From: Takakia lepidozioides
Taxonomy: Eukaryota; Plantae; Bryophyta
NCBI GenBank assembly: GCA_030704615.1
Contig: CM060734.1
Location: 29,388,001-29,452,000 of the forward strand
Length of the DNA: 64,000 nucleotides
Reading direction: 5' to 3'
In this document: positions 12,700 to 25,759 of the stretch, piece by piece
How the letters are laid out: every line of letters starts with the position of its first letter
Position numbering within the stretch: position 1 is the first letter of the stretch
Position numbers and translations under genes: made by a program
Notes under the pieces: generated by a model
Seen by the model: only the letters and a program-made list of their open reading frames with translations
The model's database searches: none
Told to the model about the DNA's origin: nothing

Positions 12700-15418
12700 T
12701 TGCAATGTCCTCGCAATTCTCCACTGTGACTCCGACACTCTTGTCTCCACAATGGGAATGTTGTATTGTTTTACTACAGATGGCTCGTTATGTTGCCGGG
12801 GCACGCGCCCTGTGCTCAAAGGAGATGGCGATCTTGAACGTGCAGGACTTCCGGTGCTCGACGAGCCCTCCTCGGACAACATCATCGGACCACGAGGGAG
12901 CGTGCGAATATTCTTGTCAGCTCACCATGAATCCTCTTCTCCGCCAGGTGCCTCGTCAAGTCTTCGTCTCACTGGACGGGTATGAACATCTCCTTCCAAA
13001 TGTTGGCCTCTTTGCAGCAATGGCGTGTCCCGAAGGCCCTCTCGCAAGGCCGCCGCCCACTTCCGAGGATTCTTCGATCTGGAGGCAGTCCGCATCAGCA
13101 TTTCCTGCCTGTCCGGCCCCAAGCCCCACTGTTTCCCTTTCAAGAACTCGTTGTACCTGCATTGCTGCATAATTGACCTCACAATGTCCTCCGTTGTGGC
13201 AGTGAGGATGTCCACCAGATGCGCCGCAGAGGAGGCACGCCAGGAAGAGTGCACTGATTCGGCCATGTTTGTCGTGGGCATGTCGGTGTCGGAGTCGAGA
13301 CACATTTCCTGCACAAGCACATGTTCAGGTTACAAGCAAGTTACAAATATGGCCAAGAATAATATCCAACGGGACGCGAATTCGTGCAACTCACCTCCCG
13401 CATATAGTCGCCGAACTGGAGGAAACGATAATGCCACCATGCTAGCCAACTGACCATTGCTCCTTCGTCTGATTTCCTTACAGCACCTGACGATGTCCAC
13501 CAAGCCCGTATGCATGCAAACTGTGTCTCTGCATCATCCAAGGTGGGAGCGTGCTTCCACGCAAGGCACATGGAACGGTGCTCCTCTCTGAAATCTGGCG
13601 CCACGAGCCTGGTTGTGTACTGCGAAAGGCTCTGCAGAAAATGGAACCCACAAGATCTCTCCTTGCCTTCCATGGAACATTGGGGTCTTGCCCGTACACC
13701 CTTCGGATGGCAGCCCAATTTGCTTGTGCGTTGTCCGCCATGAAACCACGGAAATTGGGAGGGGGCAATCCCGCCTTGGCCATCTGTTCGTTTATTCCCT
13801 GCCAAAGAAGCATCTCCGATTGTGTGTCCTCTCCTTTCATCTCACAAATAGCAATTGTCATTAGCATCCTGCAGTGGGTGTCGTAGACATATGCACCCAT
13901 TGTCACCCACTGGTGATTTGTAATTCGTTTGATATGGTCGAACATGACCCAACTGTTTGACAAGTTCCCACTCGTCATCCTGTCGACCAGTTCGGCGCCA
14001 CTGCCAGGTCCACACGTGGACATTTTGAATACGAAACAACGATCTGCCTCAGTCCCTTGTCCTGGAAACCTACTTCCATGAATGTAGTCATATCCACATC
14101 GTCGCTTCACCTCCAGAATGGAGTGCATATCCGAGCCACGCCCAATTTTCTGTTTGCATGAGACAATGTGGTTTCGGACATTCGGTGAACATACGTGGGA
14201 CACCGACTCCAGCAATGCCTCCATTTCCTTCTCGTCGAGAGGAACTCTATCGGAGCCGTCTTCCGACATAATTCTGGCCAATGCCATCTTATGGGCGGCT
14301 TGGAGCTGTATCTGTTTGGGTTTGGCACCCGGTCTCAACTTAACCTCCTCCTGAACGAGCTGCTCTGCATCGTGGGCAGCCTCCCGCGAGTTCCCCCTCG
14401 CCAATTTGTGACAATGGGAACCAACGTGTATGCAAGCTCGGGTGAGGTCAGGGAAACGGTGCAACACATAGAACTGCTTGGCATTACAAACAGACATGCA
14501 GTGTGGTGGTTCTTTGCAATGCACACACTTAAATGTGGAGTTCGGAACGTTCTCCTGAGCTCGAAATGGTTGATGAGCTGTGCCTGGCTAATCGGTCTCG
14601 TTCTTGTGACCTCTGGATTTAAAGTGGAAGCAAGTTGGGGAGAAACACCGCAACGCGCCCGCACAAACAACGTAGCGCACCCGCACACCATCAAGCATCT
14701 TCATGCTGGTGATTTTGGTAACGCACCAAGGATGACCGTCATGTTTTCTATCCATATCTGTCAACATTCCGGACGCCCTCGAGTAGTCTGCCCGAGGAGG
14801 GAACTCAAAGAAGATATTACTGTCGACGTCGGCGGGAAGGCATGTAACCAATTTAATTGCAAACTTGCTGTAGTCCAGCCCGGCCAGCTCCGACCGGTGT
14901 CCCTCCAGGTGAAGCCCTCGAAGAATTTCAAGAATAGATCGAACTGCGGTGCTCGTGCTGTGAATATGACTCCCTCCTCCACTGACGTCCATTGAGGACT
15001 TGCCTGATCTCCAGGACGACCTCGGAACTTCCATGACCTCATCTGCGTCGGACAGGTTGTGAACAACTCGGTTCTCGCTCGTCTTCATGGATGGGTTCGG
15101 CTCTGGATTTACTTCGTTGCGGACTTCTCTCTTTGAGGTAGCCACTCTCTGATTCGCGGATTGTTTCGTGGAAGGCGCCAGGATAGAAGGTGCATTTGGC
15201 GGGCAAATGAAGTCACCAACAGCCCTGTATATGACGCTGTCCGATGGTGGAACTCGCCATTCCCTGACATCGCCGAAATCATCGTGGAGCACAACAATAC
15301 TCTCGACAACAAGGCCATTTGAGTCCTTCATTTCCTCCTCCAAAAAACCGACCCCGGTTTCACGTGGTATCGAACGCACAGATATTTCTCCATCACCCGG
15401 CAGATGTCCCCTCTGCAC
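12700..15418 (-). pseudogene. GCM-domain Mutator-like (MULE) transposase, element 1; frameshifted and C-terminally truncated
   Basis: KHDGHPWC...CAGALRC (GCM-like), VMFDHIKR, FMADNAQANWAAI, CGFHF, NMAESVHSSW; collinear with 41345-44858; spread over several frames; SWIM region absent. Confidence 0.88.
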
Positions 15419-15759
15419 GGAAATGAAGCTCTATGCTCGTGAGGAGGGCAGTACACTGTAGCGCTCGGGTTTTCCGCCATGGAAGATGTGCACACAAGAC
15501 TGCCAGGATGGCGTGCGGGGAAGCTCCCTGGTAGAAGGGGGATGCAGCGATGGGAAGGAATGCGGTGCCGATTTGTCCGAGCGACGAAGCCTGATCCAAA
15601 TCCAGGGAGCCAACTATCTCAAAAATCCACAGTCAGAGTGTTAATGAACCTTGTATCCGGAATGCGGCCCCTGGTCTTTGCGCAATAACTGCCAACGGTA
15701 TGCAGTCAGAAAGTGGGGGGCCGTCCGGATGATGTCGGCTGAAGGGAGAAGCCGGCACC

Positions 15760-17875
15760 GTGCCGTCACATTACTACCCCCGAATGGAAATTCGGCACCC
15801 AATATCCAACAGGGGCCGCACGGATGAAGTCGTCTGGGGCAGAGACAGAGAACATCCCCCAGATGGAAATTCAGCGCCGAATTTCCATTCGGATCCCCCA
15901 AAGGAAGTCCTGTCGGGGGGTCAGGTCGAAAACTGGCCGACATAAAAACCTCCGCGGATGCAAAAACGGCGCCGAATTTCCAACAGAGGAAGCCCGGATG
16001 AAGACTCGGGCGCAGAGGCCGGAGTGTGTGCGACAGAGAACATCCCCTGGATGGAGATTCGGCGCCGAATTTCCATCCGGGCCCCCCAAAGGGAGTCATG
16101 TCGGGGGGTCAGGCCGAAAACTGGACGGCATAAAAACATCCCCAGATGGAAAAACGGCGCCGAATTTCCATTCGGGGCGGTTCGGATGCAGTCGGGGAGG
16201 GGGGAATGGCCTGCACTTGGCCGTCACATTTCAACCCCCGGACGGAAATTCGGCACCGAATATCGAACAGGGGACGCCCGGATGAAGTCGCCTCGGCGCA
16301 GAGGCCGGCGAGTGTGCGACAGAGAACATCCCCTGGACGGAGATTCGGCGCCGAATTTCCATCCGGGCCCCCCCAAAGGAAGTCTTGTCGGGGGGTCAAA
16401 CCGAAAACTGGCCGACATAAAAACCTCCACAGATGGGAAAACGGCGCCGAATTTCAATTCGGGGCCGTTCCAATGCAGTCGGGGAGAAGGGAGAGGTCGG
16501 CACCTGGCCGTCATATTTCAACCCCCGGGACGGAAATTCGGCACCGAATATCCAACAGAGCGGCGGAGAGGCGGCACCTCTCCGACAGAGACCATCCCCC
16601 GGATGGAAATTCGGCGCCGAATTTCCATCCAGCAGGTAAGTGGAATCCCGGATGGATGGAGATTCGGCGCCGAATTTCAATCCTGCAGGTAATTCGAATC
16701 CCGGATGAATGGAAATTCGGCGCCGAATTTCCATCCAGCAGGTAAGTCGAATCTCGGATGGATGGAGATTCGGCGCCGAATTTCCATCCAGCAAGTAAGT
16801 CCGATCGGTGCCGTATGGATATTCGGCGCCGAATTTCCATTCGCCATGTATTTCTGCGCGAGGAATTACCTTCGTGCAGGTAATTCCCATATAAGAATTA
16901 CCTTCCTGCAGGTAATTCCCAGATGAGAATTACCTTCGTGCAGGTAATTTTCAGATGAGAATTACCTTCCTGCAGGTAATTCCAATCGATGTTAATTCCT
17001 CGTCCATAATTACCTACACGAAGGTAATTCTCATCTGGGAATTACCTGCAGGAAGGTAATTCTTATATGGGAATTACCTGCACGAAGGTAATTCCTGCGC
17101 AGAAATACATGGCGAATGGAAATTCGGCGCCGAATATCCATACGGCACCGATCCGACTTACCTGCTGGATGGAAATTCGGCGCCGAATTTCCATCCAGCA
17201 GGGATTCGACTTACCTGCTGGATGGAAATTCGGCGCCGAATTTCCATTCATCCGTATTCGAATTACCTGCAGGATGGAAATTCGGCGCCGAATCTCCATC
17301 CATCCAAGACTCGCCGAATTTCCATTCATCCGGGATTCGAATTACCTGCAGGATGGAAATTCGGCGCCGAATTACCTGCTTGAGGGAAATTTGGCGCGCC
17401 GCCCTACCTGCGCGGATGGAAATTCGGCGCCGGATTTCCATCCGCGCGCTTCCGAATTACCTGCGTGAGGGAAATTTCCAGCGCCGCCCTACCTCCACGG
17501 ATGGAAATTCGGCGCCGGATTTCCATCCGCGCGCTTCCGAATTACCTGCGTGAGGGAAATTTCCAGCGCCGCCCTACCTCCGCGGATGGAAATTCGGCGC
17601 CGGATTTCCATCCGCGCGCTTCCGAATTACCTGCGTGAGGGAAATTTCCAGCGCCGCCCTACCTCCGCGGATGGAAATTCGGCGCCGGATTTCCATCCGC
17701 GGCTTCCGAATTACCTGCGTGAGGGAAATTTCCACCGCCGCCCTTACCTCCGCGGATGGAAATTCGGCGCCGGATATCCATCCTGCTGCGCTCCGAATTA
17801 CCTGCAGGATGGAAATCCGGCGCCGGAATTCCATCGTGCAGCGCTCCGAATTACCTCTACGTTGGAAATTCCGGG
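15760..17875. repeat. Palindrome-based repeat array between the divergent genes of element 1
   Basis: About 25 copies or variants of GGATGGAAATTCGGCGCCGAATTTCCATCC (perfect at 16601-16630); a second palindrome AATTACCT...AGGTAATT at 16864-17095; a large inverted repeat centred near 16990; 85-bp tandem units at 17412-17836. Confidence 0.95.
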
Positions 17876-18184
17876 ACTGTTTACGTCGATTTTCATCCGA
17901 CATGGAGGGCTTCATCCGACATTTAATTGCGCAGTTGGGCAATAAATGTCGACGGCCGTCGGTTATTATTCGGGCTGGCGACGCATGGCTTCCTGGACAC
18001 GTACCCTAAATCTCATGCTAAACTTGGCTTAACATGGTATTCCAGGCATGTACCCCAAAAAAGGAGATCTTTTTGGCTGGGACTTATGCCGCCTGAAGGG
18101 CGTGGCTCTCCTGAGAGAGACCTCACATCCAGACCGCGGCGGAAGTTGAAAGCTCTGTACTACGGACGACGGCCAATCTCTCGC

Positions 18185-20534
18185 ATGGCCAAACTGAAGC
18201 TCCAGCAGGAGATTCCAGTGTCTTGCTCACAACCTGCGCCAACTGAAGCCGAGTACTCTCAGGCAAGCCACTTCTGCTTTCGGTTTGTTCGATTTATTTT
18301 TTGCTTTCGCTTTGTTACCTCGCTTTGTTTTTGCATCTTCATCCTGGCTTTGCTGTATGAGTGAACTTTAGATAGTTGAGTGAACCTTAGATTGTTTGCA
18401 ATGCGTGTGCAAATCCGGCAGCTCTGGAGAAGGCTGCTTGTGCATGTCATTCTTAGGCAATGGTTGCATTTGTTTTCATTGTTGTTGCATGGCTCTCCAT
18501 ACTTCCTAAACTTGTTATGTTTTCATTTTTGCTACATGATTGTTGCTATGGTGGTTGCGCTGCTCGTTGCGATGCTGCTTTTTGCACCGATGTTGGTTTT
18601 CACGATTTTTGTCAATGACAGAGTGACGACGAGCCCGGCACGCTGGTGGTATCATCGACAGCTCCAACTCATCGCATGTTTGAATCGCCCAACTTGGGGC
18701 GAGAGGGCAAACTTAAACCTTTTGTTGGTGGACGGGAGGACTTGCAACGAGATTACGACAGAGTAGGCATTGGGGAGGTTGGTGCAGGCGGCATGGCAGG
18801 TGAAGGGCGTGAGGACATGAGGACAGCAGATCCGGCAATGGAGGTTGTTCATGCACATGCAGTAGGGCCCGCCCACGCAAAGAAAAAGAAGAAAGCTAAG
18901 CACATGCAATCCCCGGCGAGAGAGCAGTCACGGGCTGCGGAGGGGGGAGTGAGCAGTGCGCGCGAGGGTGTCAGTTCGCCTCAATCAAAGGTGGTCGTCC
19001 TGGAGGGCTCCCCTGCTGCTAGCCCTAGTAAGAAACAGAAAGCCCGTGAGAGGGCAAAAGAGAGGGCAAAAGAACAGACGAGACAGAATGCTAGCCAGGA
19101 GGAAAGACAAAAGGCAGCTGAAGAGGCCAGGGGTGCCCAAATGACAGATGCCAATGTAAGCGAGGGACCCACAGAGACGGTGGATCCCTACAAGACACCA
19201 CAGAGAGGCAGTAGCACACCGGTTAGACCATCGCGGGCAAGAGCAGCCCCCGCAATTACCCATACGGTGGAGAGTGGAGGAGAGGAAAGAACACCTGAAA
19301 GAGCACGGATTGTGCAAGTTCGAGGTGAAGCCAGGGAGAGGGCAGTAGAGACGACGAGAGTGCTGGAGGTGGTTTCGCAGGTGGCTGACCCTGTTGAGGA
19401 GGACGACATGGAGGTTTCTGACCAGGATGACATCCTCCGGACATCCCCAGGCCCCAAACCCGGAGCATACAGGCTGGATTTGGCGGTCCTGGTGGGCTGC
19501 CGGAAAACCCCTCTGCAGCAGACGTCATGTCTGAGGCGGATATGAAGTTGGCCGCTGCCAAGATGTTGGAGGCAACCCACAGCAACATTGGCAGGGTGCT
19601 GGGGGCATGGTGTACCCGGCCAAGCTTCGAATTCCCCTTTGCCGCTTGGTGTCATTGCAGGTGGTGAGACCTGCCCTCCCAGGCGATATCGACAAGCTGA
19701 AATTCTCTTTCCGGGATGGATATCGAATGGGGTCTGCCGCCTTTTACGTTTCCATTGAGAACGACCACGGAGCTTCCCGTGCCCACACTTCCGATGAGGT
19801 GGACAAATGGGGTCCCCATTGGCAAACGCGAAATGAGGAGTTCGAGAGATCGATTGCTAGTGATCCTCTTTTCCAGCACATGTCCGGTAAGATGTTCTAC
19901 GTGTGGGACGGCAATCATCGCCTCCTGGCATGGATGGAGCACATTGCCAAGCCCACCCCAACGATCTCGATTGGCATTTCGCCGTCGATTGTGTTGTGCT
20001 GAAGGTTGCGGGGCCCAAAGATCGCAGTCTTCTCAAAGCTGCAATGGCCGACATCAACTCGTAAGCTACAACCCCTCTCGCTTTTGGACTTTGAATTTGG
20101 AAGTCATTTCATTGCGAATCCTCATATATGATGAAAATTCCCATTTCAGTATTGTTTGATGGAAATGTGGCACTGCAGGGTGACTGAGAATGCCTTCATT
20201 GCCACCAACTTGTCCCATATGCTCTTCCGAGTGAAGGATGTCGGGAAGCAGGGGGTGCAAGAGTTTGCCAATTCCCTCAGTGCCGACCTCCTGCGCAAGT
20301 CGGAGGCAAAGGCAGACAGAACCTGGTATAGGCTGAGCGTCGACGCCATGGTGGACTACATATTTCGGGTAAAGCTCCTGACAGTTTTGTTGAGCTAATC
20401 TGTCTCTCCTCCCAATAGAAGAAATTGTGTTGAGCAGGATCTCTAATCTTATGTGCGCATTCTTGACAGACGAAAATACAGCAGGATTTGGCACATGCGC
20501 GGAGGTTCTACATGGAGTCAGAGGAGAAGAAGAA
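18185..20534 (+). pseudogene. ParB/Srx-like domain gene of element 1 (homologue of 34854-40490); frameshifted, 3' part lost in the assembly gap
   Basis: IPLCRLVSLQVVRP...GYRMGSAAFYVS...FYVWDGNHRLLAWM closely matches the element-2 protein; introns at equivalent positions; start codon uncertain. Confidence 0.8.
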
Positions 20535-21034
20535 NNNNNNNNNNNNNNNNNNNNNNNNNNNNNNNNNNNNNNNNNNNNNNNNNNNNNNNNNNNNNNNNNN
20601 NNNNNNNNNNNNNNNNNNNNNNNNNNNNNNNNNNNNNNNNNNNNNNNNNNNNNNNNNNNNNNNNNNNNNNNNNNNNNNNNNNNNNNNNNNNNNNNNNNNN
20701 NNNNNNNNNNNNNNNNNNNNNNNNNNNNNNNNNNNNNNNNNNNNNNNNNNNNNNNNNNNNNNNNNNNNNNNNNNNNNNNNNNNNNNNNNNNNNNNNNNNN
20801 NNNNNNNNNNNNNNNNNNNNNNNNNNNNNNNNNNNNNNNNNNNNNNNNNNNNNNNNNNNNNNNNNNNNNNNNNNNNNNNNNNNNNNNNNNNNNNNNNNNN
20901 NNNNNNNNNNNNNNNNNNNNNNNNNNNNNNNNNNNNNNNNNNNNNNNNNNNNNNNNNNNNNNNNNNNNNNNNNNNNNNNNNNNNNNNNNNNNNNNNNNNN
21001 NNNNNNNNNNNNNNNNNNNNNNNNNNNNNNNNNN
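20535..21034. other. Assembly gap (500 N)
   Basis: Run of N; contiguity across it is unverified. Confidence 1.
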
Positions 21035-22689
21035 TTAAGTTCCACATACCAACGGAGTACTATCAGCTCTATGCCTTGTGTTCCTCTCCTGTGTTCGCAA
21101 TCCACCATAAAATATGATCGTTCAATTGTGCAATCAAGACAACTACATAAGCCCAGGCTGGACAATTTCTGCCCAGCAACTGTCTGTAAACTGTATCAGA
21201 AAATACCGGTGTGACTAACCCTTCCTTCGTTTGAACAGTGTGGTGTGAACCTGTGTGACAAGAAATCTTGTCAAGGAACTGATCCTGAAACTGTGCTGAT
21301 GCTGGAAGCTTTATCACTCTTGGGATGATTAAGCTGGTGCCAGGGATGGGAAGTTGACTGATGGATGAAAGAGGTTCATCATTTTGTTCACTGACTTTAA
21401 GTTTAGTGAAATCTGCTGTAGCCCGTCGAGCTACTGGGCCACTTGGGCTTCTGGCTGATTGTTCATACGACATCAAGAGGAAGGGTTTATGGGCGGTGAC
21501 GGGCACGGTGTCTCGGTGTCGGCTCACGACGTCCGTCACCGTGGACGGTGACGACCCACGGAGCCCGTCACCATTAATGGCGACGGACTCCTTGAGCCGT
21601 CTCCGCCACGGTGGCGGCCTCCGTGACCCGTCTCCGTGAATGTGGCACAACCTACCAAGTAACGCCAAAAATAATTTACATGTAACTTATAGATTTTAAA
21701 GCAAGATTTTCTCCTGCCCAGGTACATGAGAATTGCTGCCCAGAAGGAACATGAGAAAAATAAAACGGTTGTATTTGCAAACGTGCATCAAGGTGCAGAT
21801 GCAGAGCGCGCAGACTCTTGCATTCCCTGTGAATCGACAGCGACAAGGATTCTGCGGGTAGATGTTCTTCATACTAGCTCTCTGTTTCCCAGACCGCACA
21901 CCAATCACCAGTCTGGGAAACAGAGCGTTAACCTGAAGAACATTGCTTCATGGTTGAAAGTTCCGAGGTGGAGAGGTCATGCTGCCAAGCTGGGGCAGAC
22001 CCTCATCAAGCACAGGAGGGAAGAAGACGGCGATGAGCACCTGATGAGACTGGAAGACGAGGGCATAATCAAACATGGGAAGGGGCACACGTTATTTGGA
22101 CTCTGTGAGTTCTGTAACTCGAAGCATTCTGCTAGTTGGGTCTCTTTTCATGGCAATGATTTGCTAGGCTTTGATGGCTGACTTAATTGAGTGTTATGTC
22201 AGCAACATGTTGAAGACCCGTGCAGAAATATCTGTCTAATTCTTTTAAAGAAGAGAGGGATGAAGCAAAGGCTCCCTCTTCCATGTCATCTCTGGGGAAG
22301 TCAAAGATTTGCACATGTTTGGATTTTGAGGAGAGTAATTTCGTGAAGACTCCGACTTTCCACTTGCTTGGAAGTGTAGTAAAGAATTTTACCTACTTTA
22401 TTAGCTCCACATGTTTGGCTGACAATGCACATTGATAAATATAACGTAAAATAGCTGACATTGTATTGCTCATGACAGGCTGGGCAGGATTGCCTGAACC
22501 CTATCCACCATGGCAATATCAAGCTTCAACCTTGAGGCCCCTCCACCAGGCCAAGTGGTGGTGGTGACAACTGAAAGTGTTTAGGAGTTTGATCGTGCAC
22601 AAGCCCAACCTCAAGCTCAGGTATCCCAGAGAAAGTAGCTTTACTCAATGGCTGGCGCCGGGTCAATGAGACAGCGTCTTTGGAGAAGT

Positions 22690-23575
22690 TCATGCTTCCG
22701 TGAATGTGCCAGATCTAGCTGGAAAGTGGTATCAGAAGTATTTTGCGTTTGCAGGCCTAGGTTTCCTCATTAGTGTAGCATATATGGATCCAGGCAATTG
22801 GGCGACAGACCTCATCGGCGGTGCATCTTATGGCTACAAATTGTTGATCATTATCCTTTGTTTCAAACTTCACTGCCATTTTCATTCAGTCACTGTCTCT
22901 GAAGCGTAGAGTTGTAGCAGAGAGGGATTTGGCACAAGCATGCCGTGATGCACATCCCAAGTGGGTGGTGTATGGCCTCTGGATCATGGCGAAGATTGCT
23001 ATTGTGGCCACAGATCTTGCAGAAGTCATCGGTACAGCCACAGCATTCTATCTCTTGTTCAATATCCTGGTGTGGGAGAGATTATCACTAACCCGGATAT
23101 ATTGTTCAATGCCATTGGAATATTAGGCGCTACTGTCATGCCTCACAGCATTTATCTCCACTCAAGCATCATACAGACACGGGCTTACCCTCGCCCAATA
23201 GAAGGTAAGAAGATGGCTGTCAAGTACGGCAGGTGGGACAGTGGCATCTCTCTCATGTTTGCATTCTTTGTGAATGCAGCTATTTTGATCCTGGCAGCAG
23301 CTGCATTCCATTATGGTCCGAATGCACACCCCAATGTAGCTACCATCGGTGATGCCTATTAGTTACTGTCACCTGCACTTGGAAGCCGGGCTGCCAAAAT
23401 TTTGTTTGGGATTGGATTATTGGCCTGTGGTCAGAATTCCACAATCGTTGGGACCTTGGCTGGGCAGGTGGTGATGGAGGGCTCCCTTCAGATACGTCTT
23501 AAGCCTTGGATTCGGCGGCTTCTCACACGGATGATTGCACTGATCCCTGCCTGTGCTGTTGCTGCAATTTTTTTC
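22690..23575 (+). pseudogene. Intronless NRAMP/MntH-type metal transporter pseudogene
   Basis: [31 protein letters not shown] and GQNSTIVGTLAGQVVMEG motifs; frameshifts, in-frame stops, an internal deletion near 23075 and 3' truncation. Confidence 0.9.
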
Positions 23576-24137
23576 AGTCATGAATTGGATCTCATAGACC
23601 ATGGCTGGTGCTCTCAAACAGTGGAGTTCTGCTGCCACCATCAAGGACAGAAGTATCTCCAAAGGTTCCAGCAGGTAACACGGTGAAGGCTCCTGAGGCT
23701 GCACGTGCACATAAAACCAGTAACCGAAGTGTTATTCTCATCATGACCAAGACCTACACCAGCGGCTTCCTGCTGAGTGAATTAATGTGTTGTACAAGTA
23801 GAACAGGGAGCAGAGCAACTACACCTGAATTATGTACAACACAATTTGATGTACCTTGTACCAAAGTTTCTTGGGCTTCCCTGCAGCACCTGCCAGGGTA
23901 GATTCTGGAACAAGGTCCCAATGCTCAAGTGAAGTTAACCCTCATTAGTAATTGGCAAAAGACCTGGGCTGCATTTTGCTATGGTCAGTGCATGAGACAT
24001 GAATGTGGCAAGAACTGAAACGAGTGGGTGGGAGTTGCCAGCTGGACCATGCATGAGTATGCATGCCGCAAACCCTGACCATTAGTCATTTGGTTCAGGC
24101 TTGACTAGATTTATTTGAGATGGCCCATTGCTGACAG

Positions 24138-25382
24138 TGGTGAGGGAGCTGGACTGCCTCAAACGACAAGACAATATGAAGGTGGGGGCTCGTTTTGCAC
24201 TCAAGTGGATTGAGGAATGCATGATTAAAATGCCATTCTGGATCCATGTCCAAAGCTCCTCAGAGACGCTCCCAGTGCGGATAACCCCACCATCATCTCC
24301 CTCATACCACTCCAGGAAAAGATTACAGCATTTTTTATAGCTTGTGTCAGAAGAGATGTGTTCCTTGTTTGTAGGTCAAGTTTACATCATCAGTTTGTCG
24401 AACATTACTCGATAGAATAATTGCCTTTTTCATATTTGTAGGCTTGAACATTGTTTTGGCATGTTGCTGGATTTTCCAATTGAGGTTCTAATGAGGTTAG
24501 TATTGAAGGGAGGTGAAGCTAATACTTTGACAATCCCGCCTTGCAAAATTGACAGGGTTTTCTCGCAGTATGGTGATGCTGGTGATCTGATGTCGCCCAC
24601 AAATGATGACCATGTTCTGGAGTGTGCTTTGTTATTTGACCATACAGTGCTGGATGGTCGTGTGGCACTCTTGACTCGGGACACTGCTCTGAAGATTTTG
24701 GCTATGGCAGAGGTGCATGCTAAGAACGTCTACATATCGCAGTGTCTCTAGTTTTTGAGTACTTCCATTGAAGTTTCTTTGATGTTGCTAACTTCGTAGC
24801 AGAGCTTTGCAGTGGGATTTCATTTTAGTCTCTTGAAGTATGTCAAGTAGGTCACCTGGATGATAGAATCTCCAGGTGTCTCCAATTCCTGCCCTTGAAA
24901 TGACTTACCACTTTTGTAGAATAAAGCAATGGTGCTGAAGTTACAGATGCTTCATTGCCAGTTTAAGAACCAGCTCCTGCTTACACACAACCCTTCTCTC
25001 AGAAATATCCACTTTGGTCCCCCTTACTTTCCACCCCGGCTTCTTAACACATGCTCTCTTTTCACTGCAGGGGCTTATAGTGGACAGTGCACCCCAATTT
25101 TCTGAGAACTTGCTGAGCCCCTACTCCGATCGCTTCCTGTGGACAAGAAGCACTGCCTTTGGCCCCACTGCCACTCGCATGGAATGTTCCAGCCATCATA
25201 ATAGCCATGGAATCAACTCGCCACATTTAAGTTCGAGTGCAGACTTGAGGAGTAAGTCACTCTTGTCTGCTCTTGCTGCTGCTGTCACTCCCACTCCCAA
25301 AGCACTTGGGAAGCATGGGTGGGAGGAGTTTCGGAGTCACTACAGCGAGCAACCTCGAGGTCTTCAGTTGGTACTCAAATGA
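24138..25382 (+). CDS. 3' exons of a PIN-domain protein resembling the C-terminus of plant PARALLEL SPINDLE 1; upstream exons not resolved, possibly a pseudogene
   Basis: VVRELDCLKR...WIEECM...WIHVQSS...TPPSSP (24138-~24315), NDDHVLECALLF...LLTRDTALKILAMAE (~24556-24712), GLIVDSAPQFSENLLSPYSDRFLW (25071-25382). Confidence 0.7.
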
Positions 25383-25759
25383 GTTTCAGAGATTTTCATC
25401 AGTGCAATGAAAAACCATTTCTATGATGTAATGTCCCCTCTAACAGAAGCATAGCCCAGCAATTTTGCAACGGATTGAAATTTCTGGACTGAGTTCAGAA
25501 CTAACAACTGAACAAAGTAGCCTAGTGTGTGACAGGAAGGGTGAAGGGAGTCAACTTGTATAGGAATATATTAGAATATGGTTCTTCGGCCTTACAAATG
25601 GATAATCCATCTGGTTTCCAATCACACATATTATTGATATCCACCCCAATGCGAAGGGTTAACAATAAAAACTTATCCTCGTTAAGTACTAAATAAAACT
25701 AATGGTAGTTCCTTAATTATACTAGCACGAGTTGATTTGAAAAGCTTGTTCATAAACTT

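Noticed and set aside
15760-17875. CRISPR array (30-bp palindromic repeats with spacers)
   Set aside because: Spacers are themselves repeated and mirrored, spacing is irregular, there are no cas genes, and the context is eukaryotic and intron-containing.
15641-18009. Many overlapping ORFs with MEIRRRISI / WKFGAEF / DGNSAPNF repeats
   Set aside because: These are translations of the palindrome in all six frames, not proteins.
20427-21214. ORFs spanning the N gap
   Set aside because: Artefacts of translating Ns.
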